DNA of 63,348 nucleotides from a virus (Duplodnaviria; Caudoviricetes): IMG/VR virus record IMGVR_UViG_3300035688_000005, positions 1 to 63,348 of that record; one strand, 5' to 3'. Shown piece by piece: positions 55,639 to 63,348 of this stretch (position 1 is its first letter; each line of letters starts with the position of its first letter). The notes under the pieces were generated by a model. It saw only the letters and a program-made list of their open reading frames with translations, ran no database searches and was not told where the DNA came from. The position numbers and the translations under genes were made by a program.

Positions 55639-55683
55639 CTCACCCTGCGGTTTTAATTGTCCCGCAAACAATCATACCCGATT

Positions 55684-56424
55684 TCAGCACTCCGCAAGCC
55701 TCTTCCTGTTGTCCTCGTTTCTGGGGTCCGCCGCCACGAACTTTGTCTGCTTCTCCATCTTCGCCTTCCACTCCCTGAGCCTCAGGCCTCCGTATGTGCC
55801 CCTTTCCTTTGTGTCCCTTTCCTTTGTGTTCCCAAATACCAAGTTCTTCGCGTTAATCCAGGCCATATATGTTGAGGTGTCCCCCTGGTGCCGTGCCTTC
55901 TCCACGTGGTGGAACCCTACTATCTTCTTGCCCTTCACGGCGAAATAGGTCACCACGCTTGCGTAGGTCGCGTCCTCATAGTAGGTGTGCCTGAAGAGGG
56001 TCACCCCGTTGGTCAGCTTCTTCCCGACCATCTTCACGAAGTTCAGCCCTATCCCTCTGTTCTTCATCCACCCCCTGAAGCTCTCGGCGTCTGGGAACTC
56101 CTCCAGACTCTCGGCCGCCTCGCCCTTTATCCTCTCTGGCGCGTCCACTATGGCCCTCTCGATTCTCCACTTCTGTTGTTCGAGGTCCCTCTTCTGGGTC
56201 TCGAGTGTCTTGAGCTGCTGGTTGTAGGGCGTCTCTATCCTCTCGACCTGCTCCTCGAGGTCCTTGGTCGCGCTCTCCTTCGCCTTCCAAAGCTTCCCCG
56301 CCATATCCTCGTTCAGCTTTATCGACTTCTCCAGGTTCTCCTTCTTGACGAGCAATTCGTCTCTTGTCTTGTCGATTTTCGCTTGGATGTCTTCCATTTT
56401 TTTCACCTCCTTTTGATTTTTCAT
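55684..56424 (-). CDS. coiled-coil hypothetical protein
   Basis: ORF track, GGAGGTGA SD before MEDIQ. Confidence 0.6.
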   Translation of the reverse strand: MKNQKEVKKMEDIQAKIDKTRDELLVKKENLEKSIKLNEDMAGKLWKAKESATKDLEEQVERIETPYNQQLKTLETQKRDLEQQKWRIERAIVDAPERIKGEAAESLEEFPDAESFRGWMKNRGIGLNFVKMVGKKLTNGVTLFRHTYYEDATYASVVTYFAVKGKKIVGFHHVEKARHQGDTSTYMAWINAKNLVFGNTKERDTKERGTYGGLRLREWKAKMEKQTKFVAADPRNEDNRKRLAEC

Positions 56425-56466
56425 AGCTCGGCTGGAATCTCTCCCAGGCCGAGCAGCATACCCGAG

Positions 56467-56754
56467 CTAATCTTCGTTCCCGCTTATCAGGGCGAATACC
56501 TCTTGAATCTTCTCAAGTTGTTCCCTTGCTTTTTTGTTCGCCCTTGTGTTGAAGACATCCGTTGGGACGTCCTCCCATATCTCCGCCTTCGCGTCCCTGA
56601 ACCAGAGGACGCTAATACCCGTTGGCAAACCGACCTCTATGTTCCCGTTGGTGCCGTCCCGTGCTATTGAAATCTTCTCTCCGAAGACCTCGATATGCAC
56701 GTTCTGACCGAAGGCTGTCTTCCTGATGGTTATCTTTGGTTTGATGTTCTCCAT
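56467..56754 (-). CDS. hypothetical protein
   Basis: ORF track, GGGGGTGA SD. Confidence 0.6.
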   Translation of the reverse strand: MENIKPKITIRKTAFGQNVHIEVFGEKISIARDGTNGNIEVGLPTGISVLWFRDAKAEIWEDVPTDVFNTRANKKAREQLEKIQEVFALISGNED

Positions 56755-56943
56755 CTATCTCACCCCCTTCAGGTCTATCTTCCCGTCGCAGTGCTCCTCC
56801 CAGTGCCTCTGGCAGACCTCCATTCCGAGGTAGCTCATCGCTCCAGGGCTCCTGCAGTTCCTTACTGTGCATTTGTCGTCCATCTTTATCGCCTCCTTGA
56901 TAGCCAAGCGGCCCGCTAAGGTCGTCTTGGCTTTATGCCCGAT

Positions 56944-57123
56944 TTAGCCTTTCCTGACCCCAGGATACTTCTCAGTGAGTTGCCCGTAGCTCTTCATTAT
57001 TTCTAGGATTTGCTCTCTGGTTAGTCCGCTTAGCTGAGAGACCACGTTCACGGCGAACATATTCGTCACGCCGCTCGCCCTGACGCTCTCATACGCCTCG
57101 AATTCGTCCTTTGTTATATCCAT
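56944..57123 (-). CDS. DUF5049-like small protein
   Basis: Manual: MDITKDEFEAYESVRASGVTNMFAV...; GGAGG SD; first gene after TTTAAATATA promoter. Confidence 0.6.
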   Translation of the reverse strand: MDITKDEFEAYESVRASGVTNMFAVNVVSQLSGLTREQILEIMKSYGQLTEKYPGVRKG

Positions 57124-57265
57124 TTAACCGCCTCCTGTTGATTGGTCGGCTCTCGCCAACCGCCTGATTATATATTGTCTTTCGTATATATTTAAACCTT
57201 TTTATAGCATAATATATATATCATAGTATATAATAAAACTGAGAATTTGCCGCATTTCGGCCCTT

Positions 57266-57562
57266 TTAACGGCCCGATACGGCATACCATCTAATCTTCC
57301 TGTTGTCGTTCCAGAAAACGAAAAAGGGGTTCCTCTCCGCTATCAGTTCCGCCTTCTTCCTCTCCTCCCTGTCCAGATACTTGTTCTTCTTGCACTCAAA
57401 AATGAAGTCTCTGGGTAGTTCCTTGTGTTCCCCGCCCGAAGCAGAACCGTCAGGGAAGCGAGACTTGCCTGACCTGATTATCAAGTAATTGAAACTCTCT
57501 AGGAATTTCCTTACTCTTCTTTCAAAATTGTATCCTATCTGGTAATTCCTGTTTACGATAAT
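57266..57562 (-). CDS. hjc: archaeal-type Holliday junction resolvase, ATT/ATC start
   Basis: In-frame extension IIVNRNYQIGYNFERRVRKFLES.NY.IIRSGKS.FPD...FECK; GGTGA SD precedes ATT 57562. Confidence 0.8.
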   Translation of the reverse strand: MIVNRNYQIGYNFERRVRKFLESFNYLIIRSGKSRFPDGSASGGEHKELPRDFIFECKKNKYLDREERKKAELIAERNPFFVFWNDNRKIRWYAVSGR

Positions 57563-58221
57563 CTCTCACCTTTTTCATTCCAACAATACTTCTTAAATCT
57601 GCACCTCAGACAAGGAAATTTTAGATTTATATAAGAACTTGAAATATCTGGGACTTTGCCAGCTTTGATTAAAACATCAAGTTTTCTGAACTCCTCGAGA
57701 AGCGTCTTCACATACTCTTCGTCTGGCTCTATCGGGAACTCGAATATCGCCTGCGTCCCCTTTGACTCGTAGACCAGAATTCCTCTTTTCAGATTGGGAT
57801 ACTTCCTTTTGAGAAAATACATATAAAGGCTAATCTGCTGTTTGTGTTCCTCCAGCGGCTCTTTCATATCGTAAGTGTTTATTGTTTTTATCTCAATTAA
57901 GATGTCTTCTCCGTTTATGTTCACTATCCCATCTGCTCTTCCTGAAATACCAAACTCATTTTTTGGGATTACTATTTCCTCATCTTTTAGGACACCTGCT
58001 ACTTTGAGATAACCGCAGATTCTTATGTGGGCATCACTTCCGACATTAAACATCCTTAGCAATTCTACATCAAATTCTTCAGGCGGATATTTGTCATTAT
58101 TAAACTCAAAGAAAATTTTGCGTTTGCACTGACCTGCATCTGATATGTGTATGTTCTCTCTCTTCCTTTGTTTTTCTTTATTAAAACGCAAAGTGCCTTT
58201 ATCCAAAAACTCTTTTAACAT
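57553..58221 (-). CDS. Cas4-like PD-(D/E)XK exonuclease
   Basis: HISD.G.C.R, G..AH, SGRADG...EIKT, QQ.S.Y, C..C.F...C Fe-S ligands. Confidence 0.8.
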   Translation of the reverse strand: MLKEFLDKGTLRFNKEKQRKRENIHISDAGQCKRKIFFEFNNDKYPPEEFDVELLRMFNVGSDAHIRICGYLKVAGVLKDEEIVIPKNEFGISGRADGIVNINGEDILIEIKTINTYDMKEPLEEHKQQISLYMYFLKRKYPNLKRGILVYESKGTQAIFEFPIEPDEEYVKTLLEEFRKLDVLIKAGKVPDISSSYINLKFPCLRCRFKKYCWNEKGERLS

Positions 58222-58817
58222 AATAAACTCCTTCCCCCATAAGTTTCTGTTTGTTTATGACATCCTAAACATAAAGTTCTCCCGTTATTTATATCCCACA
58301 GAGAGGGACAATTAAGTGCTTCTTCTACAGTTTTGATTTGATTTTCTTCTACTATTTTACTGAAAGGTTTGATATGGTCTGCTTGCAAAGTTCCACCTAT
58401 TTTGCCACAGTTCTGACAAGTAAAATCATCTCGTTCAAAAACATTTCTTCTCCAGATTTTATACTCTAAAGATTTCCGTATAAGTTCATTTAGTAATGTT
58501 ACACCACCCTTCCAAAAATTACTGTTAACTCCACGTCTACTATATCGTGGTTTTCCAGAAAGGGCTATTTTATTTGCCGAACCTATTTTTCTTCTAGTCT
58601 TTTCAAGGGTTATGTGACCAAGTAACTTTAATCTTCTTTTTTCTATTGTTTCTTTTGACTGTTTTCTGCCTTTCATCTTTAAAGATATTCTGGTTTTTGT
58701 ATCATCAGAAACTATTTTACCTTTTTCTGAATCACGTATCTTCTGTTTAGTTTCTTCAGAATGCTTTCTACCAAAGAAACCTTGATATTTTTTATGCAGA
58801 TAAATTCCTTTCGGCAT
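58215..58817 (-). CDS. HNH homing endonuclease (NUMOD3)
   Basis: GRKHSEETK, RDDFTCQNCG...ADHIKPF...NGRTLCLGCH. Confidence 0.85.
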   Translation of the reverse strand: MPKGIYLHKKYQGFFGRKHSEETKQKIRDSEKGKIVSDDTKTRISLKMKGRKQSKETIEKRRLKLLGHITLEKTRRKIGSANKIALSGKPRYSRRGVNSNFWKGGVTLLNELIRKSLEYKIWRRNVFERDDFTCQNCGKIGGTLQADHIKPFSKIVEENQIKTVEEALNCPSLWDINNGRTLCLGCHKQTETYGGRSLLC

Positions 58818-58874
58818 ACTTATCACTACCTTTTGGTTATATATATTATGGTTTTTGTGGTTTATTAATTTGAT

Positions 58875-59288
58875 TTATTTCTGTTTTCCTCTTGTTTGCT
58901 TTTGCTTTTCTTGTTCTAATCGAAGCTTTGCTGTCTTGTATGGCTTGTCTAAAGATTCTAAGATTTTATCTGCGTCTGCTATCTGTGTTTTTAAATTCTC
59001 AATCTCAGTCTTAGCCTGCGTAGCTTCTTGAGGTGTCGGTTTCCTAACGACAATCTCAATAAGGTAGTTCACTTTCTCTTCAAGCTTCATAGTCTTTATC
59101 TTATCTGCCATATCAAGTGCCTTTTCAAGCTCCTTGATTCTTCGTTCTTTGTTATCCTTATCTACTTTTATTCTCTCTACTTGAGCGATAAGTTCAGCAG
59201 GAGATGACTTGAACGCTTGGTTTTCAGAAACTTCCCAAGAACCATCTTTGGCTTCTTCTGCCTTCCATTCAACATTTGTTCTTTCCAT
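58875..59288 (-). CDS. coiled-coil hypothetical protein
   Basis: ORF track, GGAGGTGA SD. Confidence 0.55.
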   Translation of the reverse strand: MERTNVEWKAEEAKDGSWEVSENQAFKSSPAELIAQVERIKVDKDNKERRIKELEKALDMADKIKTMKLEEKVNYLIEIVVRKPTPQEATQAKTEIENLKTQIADADKILESLDKPYKTAKLRLEQEKQKQTRGKQK

Positions 59289-59340
59289 CTATCTTCACCT
59301 CCGTTGTATCTATCTTACTTAATTAATTGATAACCACTAT

Positions 59341-60216
59341 TTAAATACTTTTGTCTATGTCAACCCTATAAATAGCTGGTTTCGTTTTAATCAGTAACTT
59401 CTTCTTTCCTAAATATTTTTGCCTATGATTTCCTGCGTTCTCATAGCTCACTTTGCTACAATATCTGTCCCACAGCCCGCACTTATACCTGTTGTCCAGA
59501 TTTCCGCTATCGCAGCCCCTGCAGGGTCTAATCTCGTTCAAGTAATAAATCCCCAGCTTGTGGAAACTCCTGTATCTATTCGCCTGGCTCTGGATAAAAG
59601 CACCGATTCCGTGAGCCTTTTCTGTCAAGTGATTGTCCCTCATCCAGTCTATGACTACTGGCTTTCTGTCGAATATCTGCAAGCACAAAGACACATTTAG
59701 ATTCTTCAAGGCAATCGGATACAAGTAATAAGCCACTTCTTTTGTCTTTCTGACCGTTCTTTTTAGGATTGTCCTGCACTTCAAATCAGAGAGTATCAGT
59801 CCGTAAGTCCCCAACTGAAAGATATAGTTCTTGAACCAGCTCGACTTCAGCTCGGTGGCGGTTATATACCATTCTCCGTTTTCTTTCCTGATTTCCAACT
59901 TGTCTATTATTCCCCTGAGACCATACAACGGAGAACAGACTTTTACCTCCTTCATTATAAGAGGCCTTCCTTCCAAAATCTTCTGCCTGATTATCTTAAT
60001 CCCGAATATGTTCGGCTCTGAAAAATCTTTTAAATGCTCCTCGTGCCTTTCTATTCCTCTTCTCATCAGCTCGGTCAGTTCTTCTCTTGCACCTCTGATT
60101 TTTAAGAAATACCTACGAAAATCTACGTTGAACGACGTAGCAGAAACGCACCTTCCTCTCTGGGCACATTTTCTGCAGTCATCGCAAAAAAATGAATAAT
60201 TTTGTCTTTTAATCAT
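59341..60216 (-). CDS. second PD-(D/E)XK (Cas4-like) nuclease
   Basis: G...H, LRGIIDKL, ELKS, QL..Y, C..C...C....C. Confidence 0.6.
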   Translation of the reverse strand: MIKRQNYSFFCDDCRKCAQRGRCVSATSFNVDFRRYFLKIRGAREELTELMRRGIERHEEHLKDFSEPNIFGIKIIRQKILEGRPLIMKEVKVCSPLYGLRGIIDKLEIRKENGEWYITATELKSSWFKNYIFQLGTYGLILSDLKCRTILKRTVRKTKEVAYYLYPIALKNLNVSLCLQIFDRKPVVIDWMRDNHLTEKAHGIGAFIQSQANRYRSFHKLGIYYLNEIRPCRGCDSGNLDNRYKCGLWDRYCSKVSYENAGNHRQKYLGKKKLLIKTKPAIYRVDIDKSI

Positions 60217-60220
60217 AGTA

Positions 60221-60778
60221 TCAACTTAATGTTTTCAAAAATTCTTGAACGGTCGGTAATTGCAAAATTTGATTAATCAATTTGCTATGAGCTTTAATGT
60301 GACAACTCATACATAATACTTGTAAATTATTTATCCTGTTATCATTAGGTTGCCAATTTCTATGATGGATATTTATTATTTTTTTGCTCCCACATAATTC
60401 ACAAATGGTTAAATTATGATTGTTTTCTAATAAAATGCGTCTTGCTTCTCTTAATCTCCATCTGCTACGTCCGCCCTTCCAGTTTGGGCTTTTTTCATTT
60501 GACTTTGTTTGTCGTTGAGCTATTGAATAACATTTCATAGAACAATAAAACTTTTTCCCTATTTGATGTTTACAAATATAAAATGATTTGTTACACTGTT
60601 TGCAATTTATGTTCATCCCAGTTCTAAGTTTTCCAAATTTTTCTTTATTTTTAGAAAAAGCTTCTATATTGCATTTTGACGAACAATATTTTCTTAGGGT
60701 ATAGTTGCTATAAAACCTTTTGTTGCAATTAAGACAATTTAACAAAAATCTGTGTTTGTAATCATAATGTCTTTTCAT
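60221..60778 (-). CDS. HNH endonuclease with Zn fingers
   Basis: C..C...YCS..C x2, NWKGG, CELCG...IHH.N....DNR..NL.VLC.SCH. Confidence 0.85.
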   Translation of the reverse strand: MKRHYDYKHRFLLNCLNCNKRFYSNYTLRKYCSSKCNIEAFSKNKEKFGKLRTGMNINCKQCNKSFYICKHQIGKKFYCSMKCYSIAQRQTKSNEKSPNWKGGRSRWRLREARRILLENNHNLTICELCGSKKIINIHHRNWQPNDNRINNLQVLCMSCHIKAHSKLINQILQLPTVQEFLKTLS

Positions 60779-60933
60779 ATCCTCACCCTCGGTTTATTCC
60801 AATAGGGAGATTTACATTTAGGACACTCTTTTGGGTTTATTCTTGTCGCCCACTTGTGTTTACACCTGTTACATTCAACTATCCTAATATCCATAATAAT
60901 ATATTATGTATGGTAATATATAAATCTTTTGGG

Positions 60934-61182
60934 TTACAGAACCAAGTTTGCGTCTGCCTTCTTATCATTTTTCATCCTCTCAAATTTTCTTTGGGCTAAA
61001 TCCATTATCAAATCTTGAATAGCAACAAATCTGCTACGAGGTGAATCTTTGAACCCATTTTCTTTTATTTTTCTTTGTATCTCGCTTTCGAAAACAGCTT
61101 TCCAAAGTTTTTGTTCTGCTAACTTTTTTTCTTTGCCTTTTGCGTGACGCCAAATAAGATATGTATCAATCAATTCTGACAT
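60934..61182 (-). CDS. hypothetical protein
   Basis: ORF track, GGAGGTGA SD. Confidence 0.5.
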   Translation of the reverse strand: MSELIDTYLIWRHAKGKEKKLAEQKLWKAVFESEIQRKIKENGFKDSPRSRFVAIQDLIMDLAQRKFERMKNDKKADANLVL

Positions 61183-62226
61183 TTAATTCACCTCCTTCTT
61201 TATAGACTTGTCTACCACGTATTTTTTCTCTATTAATATTCCTTGCCCCTTTATATGCGGTATTATCCATATTTTCATACCTTGTTTGTTTTTCCAAAAC
61301 GGACTTCTTAATGTTCTCCAGTGCCCCCTCACCCAGAACTTATGAGAAAACTCTCTCGTCCCTGAACTTTCCATCTTGTCTAAATAAATTTTTGTCTCTC
61401 CAGTTATCCTCACAATATAGCTTATTAACGGCATCGGCATCTTTCCTCTTTTTACTCTTTTTAGATTATGCTCTCTTGTGATATTTCTTTGCACAACTTC
61501 AACGTCTTTAGCATCAAGTAAATCCAAAAAATTCACAACAAAATTCTTTATTATAGGGTCTAAAAATTCAAGTTCTGGTCTTACGTGCCCTTTTACAGCA
61601 TCTTTACATAACGGAAAGTAACTATAAAAATTCCCGCCATCTCTTTTGTCAAGTCCAACAAAGGTAATCAAAATATCATCAGCTTCCTCTTCCTCTTCTC
61701 TTTCTTCTTCGTCTTTGGCGTCTCTTAAGAACGTCACTGTTTCTTCGTTATCATCGGAAGTTTTGCAGCGGACTATATTTATCCCTAAAATCTCCACTTC
61801 AGGCAGGGATATATGTGCGTCTATAAAAACGTTCGTAAATGGAAGCTTTCTCAAAGATATTTTATTTTCCGTGTTCAACAGGGGGATAACAATCTTTTCG
61901 TCTATTTTGAATACTTTGGTTTTATTCAACATCCTTAGATAATTTCTGTGCGTATAAGCACCAGCCAAAGGTCTTTCATCAAGAGAAATGCCTTTTAAAT
62001 AAACTTGCATTTCTAGAAGACACAACGCTCTACTTTTTACATACATATCGTCTTTTTCAAAAAAGAATGTGTCTTTGTGCCTTGCGAAATAATCAAGGGC
62101 AAGTTCCATCTCTTTTTTTAAATTAATACCTCCTTGTTCAATATCCTCTTTGGATAATGTTAGCATTTCTTCTACTTCTTGTTCAAGTGCTTTTTTGATT
62201 TTTTCTACGTCTTTAGGGTCGTCCAT
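61183..62226 (-). CDS. hypothetical protein with VRGHWR motif
   Basis: C-terminal HKFWVRGHWR...WI.PHIKG. Confidence 0.6.
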   Translation of the reverse strand: MDDPKDVEKIKKALEQEVEEMLTLSKEDIEQGGINLKKEMELALDYFARHKDTFFFEKDDMYVKSRALCLLEMQVYLKGISLDERPLAGAYTHRNYLRMLNKTKVFKIDEKIVIPLLNTENKISLRKLPFTNVFIDAHISLPEVEILGINIVRCKTSDDNEETVTFLRDAKDEEEREEEEEADDILITFVGLDKRDGGNFYSYFPLCKDAVKGHVRPELEFLDPIIKNFVVNFLDLLDAKDVEVVQRNITREHNLKRVKRGKMPMPLISYIVRITGETKIYLDKMESSGTREFSHKFWVRGHWRTLRSPFWKNKQGMKIWIIPHIKGQGILIEKKYVVDKSIKKEVN

Positions 62227-62231
62227 CTAAC

Positions 62232-62591
62232 TCACCTAACATCAAATTTTATGTTTTCCCATTCTTGTAGTAGGGCTGGATTATCTGCATAATAATTTCT
62301 CAGGACTTCTTCCTTCACTTTCCTTTTTACCAGAACCTGCGGAATCGTGGGGAGTAACCTGTTCTCGTCATTCTGGATGAACGCCCTGTTCCTGATTATG
62401 GTTTCTGGGTTGAACATAATTTTTAACTGCGTGAAATCTACGAATATTTTAATCCCCTGTTTTTTCCATACCTGTAAGCATAGCCAAAAATCGTCGTTCC
62501 TGCATCTTATGTCTTCCTCCAAACACTTTTCTACTAAAGTCTTGGCCTCCAGATGCCTTCCCAATATTTTTTCCTTGTCTTCTTCAGCCAT
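62232..62591 (-). CDS. hypothetical protein
   Basis: RNDD..L...VW...PETI.R.R..IQ pattern. Confidence 0.55.
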   Translation of the reverse strand: MAEEDKEKILGRHLEAKTLVEKCLEEDIRCRNDDFWLCLQVWKKQGIKIFVDFTQLKIMFNPETIIRNRAFIQNDENRLLPTIPQVLVKRKVKEEVLRNYYADNPALLQEWENIKFDVR

Positions 62592-62907
62592 ACATACCGT
62601 CTTCTAGGTGTTTTTCAATCGCTTTCGCTTCCGCTTTTTTTACGTGCTCCATAAATTCCTCTAACGAGATTACCTTGAACTTTTTTGTCCTTTTTTCTAT
62701 TTCTTTCTTGTGATTTAGAATAAGGTCGTTCTCTGTCACGAAACAATCTATATCAGACACTAAAGCTTTGAAGAAATCGAATAGGCTTAGCTTGTCTTTC
62801 TTGGATAAGCTACCGAAATCTTTCAGGCTCGCCTTTATGATTTTTTTCAAATCTTTCTTCTCTAGACTATCTATCGCTTTCGCCACTATCTTCCTCGTAT
62901 CTATCAC
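62584..62907 (-). CDS. hypothetical protein
   Basis: ORF track. Confidence 0.5.
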   Translation of the reverse strand: MIDTRKIVAKAIDSLEKKDLKKIIKASLKDFGSLSKKDKLSLFDFFKALVSDIDCFVTENDLILNHKKEIEKRTKKFKVISLEEFMEHVKKAEAKAIEKHLEDGMYG

Positions 62908-63113
62908 CTCTCTTTTAATTTTGTCTGCTTTAGCCCTTCAACAAGCTCAAACTTGTCCCCGATTGAGCAACTCGGCTCTGTTCTCGTCTTTAAGGTCAGG
63001 GTTTCTGTTTCGTCCGTTGAACTGTCTAAAGTCACTATCCAGACTTCATTATCCTCGTCTTCTTTCTGGGTTTCTATCGTTTTGATTTCCGTTACTGTAT
63101 ACTCTGACATCAT
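62904..63113 (-). CDS. small hypothetical protein
   Basis: GGAGGTGA SD before MMSEYTV; the longer ORF-track extension overlaps another frame. Confidence 0.5.
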   Translation of the reverse strand: MMSEYTVTEIKTIETQKEDEDNEVWIVTLDSSTDETETLTLKTRTEPSCSIGDKFELVEGLKQTKLKER

Positions 63114-63348
63114 TTCACCTCCGTCACATTTACCACTCTGTCTCCTGTCACGCAGGCCCAACTTGAGCCTAAGCCGTATCCGACCACCCTGATGTTCACT
63201 ATTTCTTTGCTGTTCTTCGCTTCCATAAACCTGTCTACCTGGTCTCTGCTTATGCACGTTTCCCAGACCTCTGAGCTTGATGCGAACTGCTCCGAGAATG
63301 CGTTCTGTATCCTTATGTAATACTGCTCGCCGAAAAACAGGAAGGTAT
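63110..63348 (-). CDS. hypothetical protein (N-terminus beyond right edge)
   Basis: Open frame TFLFFGEQYYIRIQ...VVNVTEVK-stop, ATGA overlap with next gene. Confidence 0.5.
   Translation of the reverse strand, partial: TFLFFGEQYYIRIQNAFSEQFASSSEVWETCISRDQVDRFMEAKNSKEIVNIRVVGYGLGSSWACVTGDRVVNVTEVK

Noticed and set aside
5359-60778. Homing endonucleases inside group I introns, BHB introns or inteins
   Set aside because: Flanking genes appear intact and separate; no intron core, BHB border or intein terminal motifs seen around them
765-63192. Plus-strand ORFs in the track (e.g. 52317..53177, 55888..56670, 27962..28717)
   Set aside because: Antisense shadows of well-supported minus-strand genes; no SD or recognisable motifs
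1-63348. Complete circular genome or integrated provirus
   Set aside because: The two ends cut different genes and do not join; no integrase, att duplication or host genes seen
1-63348. Stop-codon reassignment
   Set aside because: Long genes translate intact with the standard code, all three stops are used, and no suppressor tRNA is present

Overview
Partial genome of an archaeal tailed virus (Caudoviricetes, siphovirus-like: tail tube and tape measure, no sheath seen). Essentially all real genes are on the minus strand, with archaeal GGAGG/GGTGA Shine-Dalgarno motifs and TATA-like promoters. In transcription order (right to left): nuclease/recombination and early genes (Cas4-like nucleases, Hjc resolvase), ParB-N/Vsr/C5-methyltransferase, terminase, RNA-binding genes (TRAM, GatB-tail), head module (putative internal polyproteins, portal-MuF, protease, scaffold, HK97 capsid), neck and tail, a putative lysis module, then small accessory genes ending in a truncated ATP-dependent ligase. 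It has 3 tRNAs and about 12 free-standing NUMOD3/HNH or Vsr-like homing endonuclease genes. The most striking signal is a set of bulge-helix-bulge (BHB) RNA motifs, the substrate of the archaeal tRNA splicing endonuclease. One defines a 32-nt intron whose removal exactly restores the reading frame of the portal gene; three canonical and one relaxed BHB lie in intergenic positions and could release small circular RNAs or process the polycistronic mRNA. Other notable points: recurrent ATT start codons, head polyproteins built of small modules separated by hydrophobic-(K/R)-E motifs, and a TG-to-CG-degenerated paralog beside the MTase/Vsr pair. All family calls come from motif recognition by eye; no searches were run.
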